Assembly: GCA_022813965.1 (NCBI GenBank)
Contig: JALDZS010000101.1
Span: 62,001 to 82,311, forward strand
Length of the DNA stretch: 20,311 nucleotides
Direction: 5' to 3'
Source of the DNA: Toensbergia leucococca
Lineage: Eukaryota
The notes under the pieces are model-generated. The model was not told the origin of the DNA. It did no database searches and saw only the letters and a program-made list of their open reading frames with translations. Shown piece by piece: positions 1 to 8,479 of this stretch. Made by a program: the position numbers and the translations under genes. Position 1 is the stretch's first letter, and every line of letters begins with the position of its first letter.

Positions 1-1
1 T

Positions 2-820
2 ACTGCGCATCTAACAGACACCGCTCTCGGACGCCTCACATGGAATTGTGTCGATTGTGGCGAAGCTCGCATATCCGAATTACTGCTGATTGAAGCCCGC
101 AATTCTCGCTCTTCCGATCCCATTCCACTTTCCAACACCTCCCTTCCGTCCTCAATAGGAGGGCAAGTCGTTGCAGCAGAAGCGCTAAATATAGGAACAG
201 CTTCAGCACCACATGCTAATGCTCTTCCTAGTACAACGATATGGCCGAGACCTGGTGCCTTCCCTCCAAATCATGGTCCGTCAATATTGGAGCAGAGTGC
301 TGGATTCTATCGTCGCCACGACAGTCAGGCTTCCGTTCCCGGGACGCTCGTACAAGGTGCTTTCGATCCTCCCTCAGGACGTCGAGTTCAATTACACCAC
401 GATTTCAATCGGTCTCTCGCTCATGGTCGCCCTGTTCAAGGTGGTCCTCCAGTCCCCGCAAAGGTACTGAAGAACCGTAGGCTTAAGGAGAGGCAGCGAG
501 CAGCGAAGAAAATACGGCAGGAGCAGATACAAGCAGAGGAAGGCAAGGTGAAAGAAGAGAGAGTATCATCGGTGGATACCGGCGAAGAGCACAAAGAAAA
601 TAATATGGCCAAGGCGGAGCGGCTTCCAATACGGCGTCGCTCTCCATATCCCTACAGTCGTCATTTTCGATCACCCTCTCCTTTAGAGCGTTCGGCACGG
701 CTTCCAAATTGGGATCGCCACCCGTCTCCTCCTCGGCGCCGTTTTCGGTCTCGGTTTCCTCTGGAGCATATACTTGAAAATCATCGAGGTCAAGAAGGAG
801 AGAAGCATGGAGATCTTTGA
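2..820 (+). CDS. 5'-truncated orphan gene 'A1': CxxC knuckle (WNCVDCGEAR), Pro/Ser-rich linker, basic helical stretch and RS/SP-rich tail
   Basis: Frame +2 is open from base 2 to TGA at 818-820, extending the listed 287..820 ORF upstream to the window edge. CVDC is encoded at 47-58. The tail includes RRRSPYPYSRHFRSPSP. AATAAA lies downstream at ~1131. No recognisable family. Confidence 0.55.
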   Translation, partial: TAHLTDTALGRLTWNCVDCGEARISELLLIEARNSRSSDPIPLSNTSLPSSIGGQVVAAEALNIGTASAPHANALPSTTIWPRPGAFPPNHGPSILEQSAGFYRRHDSQASVPGTLVQGAFDPPSGRRVQLHHDFNRSLAHGRPVQGGPPVPAKVLKNRRLKERQRAAKKIRQEQIQAEEGKVKEERVSSVDTGEEHKENNMAKAERLPIRRRSPYPYSRHFRSPSPLERSARLPNWDRHPSPPRRRFRSRFPLEHILENHRGQEGEKHGDL

Positions 821-850
821 TTCCTTTGGGAGAGCAGTACCGAATGTCGC

Positions 851-948
851 AAGAGGAGGACCGCCAGCGGTGGACTGGTACTTCTACGCAGTGCTGGTGA
901 CTACTAGTTCTTCGAGAGAATGAAGCTAGGACCAGTCCACAAGATCTA
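851..948 (+). repeat. Dispersed direct repeat, copy 1 (copy 2 at ~4312-4415)
   Basis: aagaggaggaccgccagcggtggactggtacttctacgcagtgctggtgactactag (851-907) aligns without gaps to aagaggaggaacatcagcgacgggctggcacttctacgtagtgctgatgactagtag (4312-4368). After an indel, gagaatgaagctaggaccagtccac aligns to gagaacgaagctagcattagtccac. Confidence 0.85.
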
Positions 949-1548
949 CCTTAGCTTAAGCTGTTGTAGTTCATCGATACCCTTTGATACTAGCATAGCC
1001 TCCACGTACTATATCTATTGTTTCTGCTTGCTAACAAAAATACCCTGGTCTGTAGGACTTTTTGTTCTTGATTCGCTGGTGATCAGTGGAATGACAGTTT
1101 CGAGGTACGTGTTTGTATAGGACAAGGTTAAATAAAGCACTCATCATATCATAGCTTTCTATCATTCGAAGTTGATGTGGGATGAATGGGGAGTGACGCA
1201 CTTGAAGGCGTAGCGAGGGCCATGGATGTAGTGGTATACCGAGAAAAACTTGCATTGTATTGGAAAAGTAACGGGAGTCGTATGGCTTGGATTGTTAGAT
1301 CATGGTTATACATGATAGAACCAACCATCTAAAGATCGAGCATTATGGCCTTGATGTTGATCATCTCGTTACCTCGTTTCCTCGTTTGCTCAAAATCTAT
1401 TCCAATTTCATTCTCCTAACCCTAATTTCCGCAAAAGTGACGATTCACAAGCCCGATTGGGGCATTCAAGCGAATTAAGAAGCTTGTCGCCGGTTTCTGC
1501 TTTCAGGTTACTTCTATTACATTTAGAGATAACGGACAGATATTCTTA

Positions 1549-3816
1549 TTGATATACGAATTCGTTACTCTTACAATTGCGAGAAGACAGTACAAACCTA
1601 CCGCAACGCTTACGAGGGAATTTGAAGACTTTTTCAATGATGTCGTACGTTGCAATGATGAGATTGATCTGTTGATAGACTCGTGTCAGGCAGACATTCA
1701 GACTCATTACCCTACGTGCCTTCCTGAAGACGTGGACACTGAGATCCGTAACGATGCCCCGGAAACCCTTTGGTACGAGGAGGAAATCAAAAACCTTCAA
1801 GCCAGTGTCGAAAATTATTCAAACCGGAAAAATATGCACGACAAGAGGGCGGTTGAAGTGCTAAAGCAGATAGCAGTAATAAAACGGGACTTAGCTTTGA
1901 TCCAGCATATCAGCGTTGAGGAAGAGGAACAGAAGTCGATTGTGATGGCAATCTTGGAGGAACATCCCAAACTTGCTGCAGTCATTCATCAGGATGACAA
2001 GGCATTACAGAAGGCTGTGAAGGTTTTGGAGTCTGAACCTATCCTGATGTCCGAGAAGCTGAAACAGATCAAAGAGTCCGTGGAAACCCTAGGAACTGAT
2101 GCTGTCAACAAGGTACGATCGGATTTATTCAGCCATTTCACTCCCCAACTCGAGTCTATGCTGGACATGCTTCGAAATAAGCGTCAGCAGGCCATGGACG
2201 AAAACCAGGCTCGAGTTGAAGAGGCCACCGCATCATTACAATCGGTAGAGGAATTGAAGGCTCGGGTCGAGAGTATCCACAACATGTTTCAAACCGCTGA
2301 AGAAGTCACAACTAAGCAAGAGGAGATTGATGAATGGAAGCAAAGGGTCAGTCGTCGGGATGGGGTTATCACCAGGACGAAGCAAGCCTTGGCCGACGCT
2401 CAAAAGGACGTTGAGCGGTCCAACGACGCCGCTGGATCCCACGAAAGACGTGCTCATGAAGCCGAAGCAGGGAGCCGAAGCCTAAGAACAGAACGAGACC
2501 GTCATCTCCAGTGGATTAAGGAACTCGCGGAGGAGAAAGAGTCGTTGTCGGAGATTATCAAGAGAATGGAGATTGACAAAGTTGAAACACTGGACATCCT
2601 CACAAAGGCCAAAGATAATCAGATCGATGAATTGACTAAAGCTTCCGCGTTGGACCGATCCATGGTCAAAACATTATCCGAAAATCTCACTTCGGCCGAT
2701 GAATCTAAGAAATGGCTAGAAATTCAATTTGACCGTGTCCGAGAGAAAAATGAGTTGCTGGAGAAGGAACTCAAGGACAAGAAGCAAGCCGGATTCAATC
2801 TGGGTCGAGATCTGGACCATCTTCGACTTGTGGAGGGCCCATTGAAGGATGAGGCACAAAAGGCGCTTCAGAACCAGCTGGCAGAGGAGAAGGAGCAATC
2901 ATCAAAGACAAGAGCAGCGTATACCGAGCTCCAACGGGAATGCAACAGCTTTCAGAATGTCATCAAGGCCAATGATGATACCATTGCTGAGCTTCAATCC
3001 TCACTCGAGCAGCTTACTATTGAGCTGAAGGATATCGAAACGGACCGTGATAATCGAATCAGCGAGCTCGGTTCTGTTCGCGAAAAGCATGCTACTCAGG
3101 TCCAAGGCCTCGAAAAAGGAACACAGGACCTTCGTAATGAGCTTGATAACGAGAAGCAGCGAGCCCTGGAAAAGCTCGGTGTCGACTTCCAAAAGGACAA
3201 AGAGATGGCAATGGAGGCTCTTGAGCTGGAGCATGCTAATCAAAAGAATGAGCTCAAAGAGGCTAATACCAATGCTATCGATGAACTTCGAAAGTCGCAT
3301 GCTGCGGAAGTCGATCTCCGTGGAGAAGCCCTACTACGAACCATGCGAGGACTCACAAGATTGGTTCACTCGGAAGAGCACTGTGCATTGATCAGTGGGG
3401 ACATGCTCGATGACTTGGTTAGGCTGTATACTATATTCTCTACTACCGGGACCGAGCAACAGAGTATCAACGTTCCAATCCACCCTGGTCCATCCATGGT
3501 CTTTGGTCAGCCACATGAACTTGATGGAATTAAGAATTACCATGTCGGTGCCTATCGTCTCTGGACGTCGGCCTGTCTTGGTCTTTCAGTTTTCCTCGAT
3601 GCGGAATCTTTCTTCAATTCCCATATCATTGAAGCTGGACAATTGGATTCACTACCTTTGATCTACTCTTCAATGTTGCGCGTACTTGATTCGCTAATGG
3701 AGAAGCAGAATACGCAATTGTCGTCAAGTATGGCTAAAATCGCAATACTGATGATGCAGGGTTTGACTTATCTTCGCACGATCATTCAACTTCGATTGAT
3801 CAGTCATGATTATTAG
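1549..3816 (+). CDS. Orphan long coiled-coil protein 'B' (~755 aa or more) with a non-coiled hydrophobic C-terminal domain; start uncertain
   Basis: Stop-free frame from 1441 to TAG at 3814-3816. E/K/L/Q-rich heptad-like composition over roughly aa 70-590, then a globular-looking tail (YHVGAYRLWTSACLGLSVFLD...). The listed start is TTG and the first in-frame ATG is at 1834, so the true 5' end probably involves an upstream exon or a mutated start. Confidence 0.7.
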   Translation: MIYEFVTLTIARRQYKPTATLTREFEDFFNDVVRCNDEIDLLIDSCQADIQTHYPTCLPEDVDTEIRNDAPETLWYEEEIKNLQASVENYSNRKNMHDKRAVEVLKQIAVIKRDLALIQHISVEEEEQKSIVMAILEEHPKLAAVIHQDDKALQKAVKVLESEPILMSEKLKQIKESVETLGTDAVNKVRSDLFSHFTPQLESMLDMLRNKRQQAMDENQARVEEATASLQSVEELKARVESIHNMFQTAEEVTTKQEEIDEWKQRVSRRDGVITRTKQALADAQKDVERSNDAAGSHERRAHEAEAGSRSLRTERDRHLQWIKELAEEKESLSEIIKRMEIDKVETLDILTKAKDNQIDELTKASALDRSMVKTLSENLTSADESKKWLEIQFDRVREKNELLEKELKDKKQAGFNLGRDLDHLRLVEGPLKDEAQKALQNQLAEEKEQSSKTRAAYTELQRECNSFQNVIKANDDTIAELQSSLEQLTIELKDIETDRDNRISELGSVREKHATQVQGLEKGTQDLRNELDNEKQRALEKLGVDFQKDKEMAMEALELEHANQKNELKEANTNAIDELRKSHAAEVDLRGEALLRTMRGLTRLVHSEEHCALISGDMLDDLVRLYTIFSTTGTEQQSINVPIHPGPSMVFGQPHELDGIKNYHVGAYRLWTSACLGLSVFLDAESFFNSHIIEAGQLDSLPLIYSSMLRVLDSLMEKQNTQLSSSMAKIAILMMQGLTYLRTIIQLRLISHDY

Positions 3817-4005
3817 CCAAGTCCACGCGAGATGCTGAATCAACTTACATGTTGGTTGGATGGTGCAGAGGCTCATGGCCAATGTTTCATTCTGAAATCC
3901 ATCCGTCTGATAGTTGAGAGGTTCTTCGACCAGAACGTTAGAATTAAATCTTGGATTGACACCTTCCCACCACGATAATATTGAAATGGTCACTATAGTA
4001 TGTGA

Positions 4006-4415
4006 GTCACTCAATGTCACGATGGTATTTGGTGTAGTGCCGGGTATTGCAGGTGGCTCGTTGGAACTGGGAAAAGGAGAGCTCGATCACGATCCTGCAA
4101 CTTCGTGGGTACGATGCTTCTTCAAGGACAAGCTTCGATTGTTCGGATACGTTTAACAGAAAGCGACCAACAACAAGGACCTCGTATTCAAGGGACGGAA
4201 GAAGTATCGATCGGCGAAAATCACCAAGTGCAATCGGCTGTCAGTTTTGGCCTCCCTCTAAATGCAAAAGGAGGGAGGTTTCTTGATCTGAAAAGCTTTG
4301 ATACTCTGGGGAAGAGGAGGAACATCAGCGACGGGCTGGCACTTCTACGTAGTGCTGATGACTAGTAGATTCTCCCTCCCCATGAGAACGAAGCTAGCAT
4401 TAGTCCACCGATATA
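4006..4415 (+). pseudogene. Relic resembling the 3' end and downstream flank of gene A1
   Basis: Frame +1 is open 4006-4365 and ends KRRNISDGLALLRSADD*, matching KRRTASGGLVLLRSAGDY* read just past the A1 stop. Nucleotide similarity to 851-948 is clear. Upstream similarity (EEVSIGENHQ vs ERVSSVDTGEEHK) is weak and judged by eye. Confidence 0.45.
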
Positions 4416-4697
4416 AGGTAGTCTCAGAGCATAACGTGAAATAAATTATCACTCTAGATCCATAATCAGATTAGGGCTTTGAGGGAAAAAGCTGTATTTG
4501 AAAATTCTCGGTTAATATCAACCTGCTTCGGGTCTCAAGGCATACCTTAGTCAAAGTGAATGATTCACAGTGGATAATTGCAAGTCTTACACATACCTAA
4601 GGCGACGCTTGTTCCATCCCAATTCCTGCATACCTATCCATCCGCAAAGACCATCGTCCCTGAAGTCATTCAATTACTTTGTACGTATCACTACGCG

Positions 4698-7600
4698 ATG
4701 GAGCCAGCGAAGGAGCCAATAATGGTTATCCTCCCAAGCATATTAGAACTCGTTGCTCGGATCAAGGAAGACATGATAAGCATACCAAATATTCTAGAAG
4801 CCTCCGTACCTACTATTACCAAATATGATATCTTGTTATTACAACGTAGAGTTTCCTACATGGAAGAACAGCTGAAGTCGATCCATTCCAGGGTCGACGA
4901 CAGAGTAAAACAGCTGGACGTTGGACTAGGACAAGTAGCCCTTGGAAAGGAGGACCAAGACTCCAGAGAAGCAAGATTGACTCGTGATCGCGAGGGCATT
5001 GAGACCTCGAATGTTGACCTGGTTCGTCGAGAAAACATCTTGTCCCGTGCCCAGATTGACGTCGACAAAGTCAAGAAGGATTTCGATACTAGCAATGAGC
5101 GTCTTCTGATCAATGAGGGACAGCAAATTGCTCGGGAGAACTTCCTGACAAATTTAGAGACAACCGTCAACACAAGGCAAGCAGATCAAGCTGCCAAGGA
5201 ACGAGGGCTGAGCTGTCAAGAGGAATGTCTAAAGACTCGAGAGGATACTCTAATAACCTTGGAAACAACCCTTCGCACTACGCAAGCAGATCAAGCTGCC
5301 AAGGATCGGGAGCTGAACGTTCAAGAGGGATGTCTAAAGACTCGAGAGAATGCCCTGACGACTTCAGAGACAATCCTCAACACTAGACAGACAGATCTAG
5401 GTGTCAAAGATCGAGACTTGTACATTCGAGAGGGATGTCTAAAGAATCGAGAGGATACTCTAACAACCTTGGAAACAACCCTCCGCGCTACGCAAGCAGG
5501 TCAAGCTGTCAAGGATCGAGATTTGTGTGCTCAACAAGGGAGTCTCGAAGGATACAAGGAACGTCTAGAGAGTCTAGAAGAGACCCTGAAGACTTTAGAG
5601 ACAATCCTCGACGCCAAGCAGACAGATCAAGCTGCCAAGGATCGAGACTTGTGTGCTCGACAGGGAAGTCTCGAAGCATACCAGAAACGTCTAGACACCC
5701 GAGATGATACCCTGACGGCTTTAGGGACAACCTCCCTCGCCAAGCAGACAGATCAAGCTGCCAAGGATCAACGTTTGGAAATTCGACAGAGAAGTCTCGA
5801 AGCACACGAGAAACGTCTAGAGATTCAAGAGGATGCTCAGATAGCCTTCGAGAAAACCCTCGACGCTAGAAAAGCAGATCAAGCAGCTCGGGAGCGGGAC
5901 TTGGACAGTCAAGCGGAGCGTCTAGAGATTCAAGAGACCGAGTTGACTAGGGGTCGAAAAGAACTTGAGGACTTGCAGGAGGTGCTCAATTCGAAACTAC
6001 ATGATGGCGATATTAAGCTCAAGCGGAACGACGATTACTTAAATGTCAAAGAACGGAAGATTCGTGATCAGTATTCCACGCTTGAACAGAATCGACATGG
6101 TCTCGACGTTACAAAGCAGGACCTTGACATTAGAAAGGGAGCTCTGGACCATTGGGAGGACACCCTTGCAAAGACCCAGCAAGGTTTGAAGGCGAGGGAG
6201 AAAGAAGTAGAAGCCCGAGAGATGGAAGCGAAGGTGAAAGAGTGCAGCTTGGATGTAAAAGACAGGTCAGTACAAGCTCAAGAGGACCAAATGAGGGCCA
6301 AGGAAATAGAAGTCCAATCTCGAGAGAACAAAGCCACGGCATTGGAAACCGAACTCGGTACGAGGGCCGCGTTGCTTGATTCTCGAGTTGCGGCCTTAGG
6401 CGTCTCGGAGGGCAATTATGCGTTTAAAGAAAATGATCGCATAAGTAATGTCGCGAGGCTTGATGAGGACAGAAAGAAGCTCAATCAGGACACGAAGAGT
6501 CTCAACACTGAAACTGCCAAGCTTGAACAGAAGATTGCCAATTGCAACAAACAGGTGGCTGCTTCCCAGGTCCAAATATCCGTTGTTGAACAACAGCTCG
6601 TCATCAGGCAGGTGGAGCTTGATACGGCGTCCCGGGTAGCTGAGACTACTTTCAATGACCGACAACGCAGTCTGCTTGGACTTGAGTCCTCTATCAAAGC
6701 CAAATGTCAGACTCATCTCGACCTTGTAATGTCTCAGAAAGGTAATAGTGTGGTGATGACACTCAAGGAAGGCCTCACCGACAAAGAAGAAGCGGCGCGA
6801 AAGATGTTTGACGAAGCCTTGAGTAGGGCAATGGTATATAAAGATACCGAGGCTACGACTAGACAAGAGGAGCTCCTAGAAATTGTCAAGCGACTACTTG
6901 ATGAAGCCATGGCGAGACAAAACGCCGATGCCGCAACACATGAAGAAACGCTCAAGCTCTCTCGAGATGAACACCTGATTTCGGCAATAAGAAACGTAAA
7001 TGAGTCGATCACTGGACATATTTTCGAGCAAAATAGATCCTCTCATGTGTTGGAGAGAGGTCTAGCGGATATTCAAGGTTTATTTGACGACTTCGCTGTA
7101 GAAGAATCCCGGCTTGAACGTGACGCGGGCAAGTTAGCCGCGAGTGCTGACTCGTTGAAGTCTTTGTTTTCTCATGTCTTGGACCGCATCGAAGACATTT
7201 CCTTGCAAAGCAGGCAGAACATTCCAGGTCCAAGTAGGAGTAGCAAGAGGGTCGCTGATGAAGCCTCATCATCAGACATGAGTTCTCATCCTAAACGGAC
7301 TAGACGGAGTCCTCATGTTTCAGAAAACTCCCGGAAGGTCATATTGCGGTCATCAAACGACTTATCTGAGAGACGCTCATCATCTCTCTTAACAAACGCA
7401 GAACTAATTCAGGCTCCAAACCTTGACACCGATCTTTCAGTCATGAGACCTAGTACCTCAACCGCCGTTGATGATGTAATTTCACTTCATGGTATTGAAG
7501 ATACTAACGTAGAGGAGGACAACACCGAAGACGCAGGAGGGAACTTGAGCGATGCTGACATTGATGACAATCAAGATGAACTAGACATTGCGGTAGGTCT

Positions 7601-7979
7601 AAGTCCGGAGATGAGGGAAGTCTGGAGAAAAATAGCCATACCAGAGCAGTGGAATTCTACAGCCAAGAAGGAACTATTGGACCTCCTTGAGAAGCACTTA
7701 TCTCATAATAATCCGAAAATCCAGTCAATACCGGTATTCAATCGTCTTGCCAGAGCGGGAATGGTCACGGATGAGTCCAAAAACCACTGTTGCCTCAGGC
7801 AAGAGTTTGACAAAAGAAAAATGATTTTTCCTGAAGGCGCGGAGAAACCTTGTAGCAACTGTGGTGCCAAAGGGTGGCAGTGTTTCTACTTTCAGTATCA
7901 AGATGGAGTTGCTGGCACAGAGGCTGACCAGACAGAATCTATCAACGGTATACGATGGAAAGCGTATAAGCGAGCTTAG
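4698..7979 (+). CDS. Orphan giant coiled-coil protein 'C' (1093 aa from first ATG) with internal tandem repeats, a Ser/Arg- then Asp/Glu-rich disordered linker and a C-terminal Cys-rich domain
   Basis: Intronless stop-free frame 4578-7979. First ATG at 4698 (cgcgATGgag). Continuous heptad-like E/R/L/K sequence over roughly aa 40-840. NLS-like HPKRTRRS. Acidic EEDNTEDAGGNLSDADIDDNQDE. C-terminal CCLRQ...KPCSNCGAKGWQCFYF. AATAAA at ~8244. Confidence 0.85.
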   Translation: MEPAKEPIMVILPSILELVARIKEDMISIPNILEASVPTITKYDILLLQRRVSYMEEQLKSIHSRVDDRVKQLDVGLGQVALGKEDQDSREARLTRDREGIETSNVDLVRRENILSRAQIDVDKVKKDFDTSNERLLINEGQQIARENFLTNLETTVNTRQADQAAKERGLSCQEECLKTREDTLITLETTLRTTQADQAAKDRELNVQEGCLKTRENALTTSETILNTRQTDLGVKDRDLYIREGCLKNREDTLTTLETTLRATQAGQAVKDRDLCAQQGSLEGYKERLESLEETLKTLETILDAKQTDQAAKDRDLCARQGSLEAYQKRLDTRDDTLTALGTTSLAKQTDQAAKDQRLEIRQRSLEAHEKRLEIQEDAQIAFEKTLDARKADQAARERDLDSQAERLEIQETELTRGRKELEDLQEVLNSKLHDGDIKLKRNDDYLNVKERKIRDQYSTLEQNRHGLDVTKQDLDIRKGALDHWEDTLAKTQQGLKAREKEVEAREMEAKVKECSLDVKDRSVQAQEDQMRAKEIEVQSRENKATALETELGTRAALLDSRVAALGVSEGNYAFKENDRISNVARLDEDRKKLNQDTKSLNTETAKLEQKIANCNKQVAASQVQISVVEQQLVIRQVELDTASRVAETTFNDRQRSLLGLESSIKAKCQTHLDLVMSQKGNSVVMTLKEGLTDKEEAARKMFDEALSRAMVYKDTEATTRQEELLEIVKRLLDEAMARQNADAATHEETLKLSRDEHLISAIRNVNESITGHIFEQNRSSHVLERGLADIQGLFDDFAVEESRLERDAGKLAASADSLKSLFSHVLDRIEDISLQSRQNIPGPSRSSKRVADEASSSDMSSHPKRTRRSPHVSENSRKVILRSSNDLSERRSSSLLTNAELIQAPNLDTDLSVMRPSTSTAVDDVISLHGIEDTNVEEDNTEDAGGNLSDADIDDNQDELDIAVGLSPEMREVWRKIAIPEQWNSTAKKELLDLLEKHLSHNNPKIQSIPVFNRLARAGMVTDESKNHCCLRQEFDKRKMIFPEGAEKPCSNCGAKGWQCFYFQYQDGVAGTEADQTESINGIRWKAYKRA
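5181..5940 (+). repeat. Coding tandem repeat inside gene C: seven anchor copies spaced 105,105,105,126,126,126 bp
   Basis: Anchor (g/a)cagatcaagctgccaagga (QADQAAKDR) recurs at 5181, 5286, 5391, 5496, 5622, 5748 and 5874. The units are 35 aa and 42 aa. Confidence 0.92.
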
Positions 7980-8078
7980 AGAACGGTGGAGTCGCAGTGG
8001 AAATATAGAAAGCTCGTTTCCTCGCCACAATCTCCAAAAGTCATGACCGGCGCGAGGACGGGGAAAAACGATGCCCGG

Positions 8079-8185
8079 TTGGTTGACGACCTCCCATAAG
8101 AGAGTACTTATCAAACAACCAAGAGGGGGATTGGTTGACGACCTCCCATAAGAGAGTGCTTATCAAACAACCACGAGGGGGATTG
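8079..8185. repeat. 52-bp tandem duplication downstream of gene C
   Basis: ttggttgacgacctcccataagagagt(a/g)cttatcaaacaacca(a/c)gaggggga occurs at 8079-8130 and 8131-8182 with 2 mismatches. Confidence 0.95.
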
Positions 8186-8479
8186 CTTGGAGTTGATCGT
8201 GGCAAGGAAGAGGGCTGGAGTTGTAAGCAGTAAGGTGAAGGTAAATAAAGTGATGCGGAAAGCGCATTGTGGGACCATTTATAAAAGATTCATATTCGAG
8301 GGAAGCTGCAACCGAAATAATATGATATTCTACGATTGAGTCTATTTCAAATTAATACACTAATGGAAAGTTTACGCTCTTAATCCATGATCCTTATCAC
8401 AACGACATAGAGCAACAGATAATGATGAATAATATCGCAGCCCTTTTAATTCAACTTGGTCGAGTCATAATATGGTCGA

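Noticed and set aside
1415..1425. Telomere-like cctaaccctaa (also ttaggg at ~4471 and ~17596)
   Set aside because: Fewer than two full units each, which is expected by chance in 20 kb.
5181..5940. Regularly spaced ~20-bp repeats resembling a CRISPR array
   Set aside because: The intervening sequences are homologous to each other, lie in frame within a long ORF, and the genome is eukaryotic.
1549..7979. Assigning B or C to SMC, myosin, kinesin, Uso1, Zip1/Sme4 or Spok families
   Set aside because: No Walker motifs, motor head, kinase or nuclease motifs are visible. Coiled-coil composition alone gives spurious similarity.
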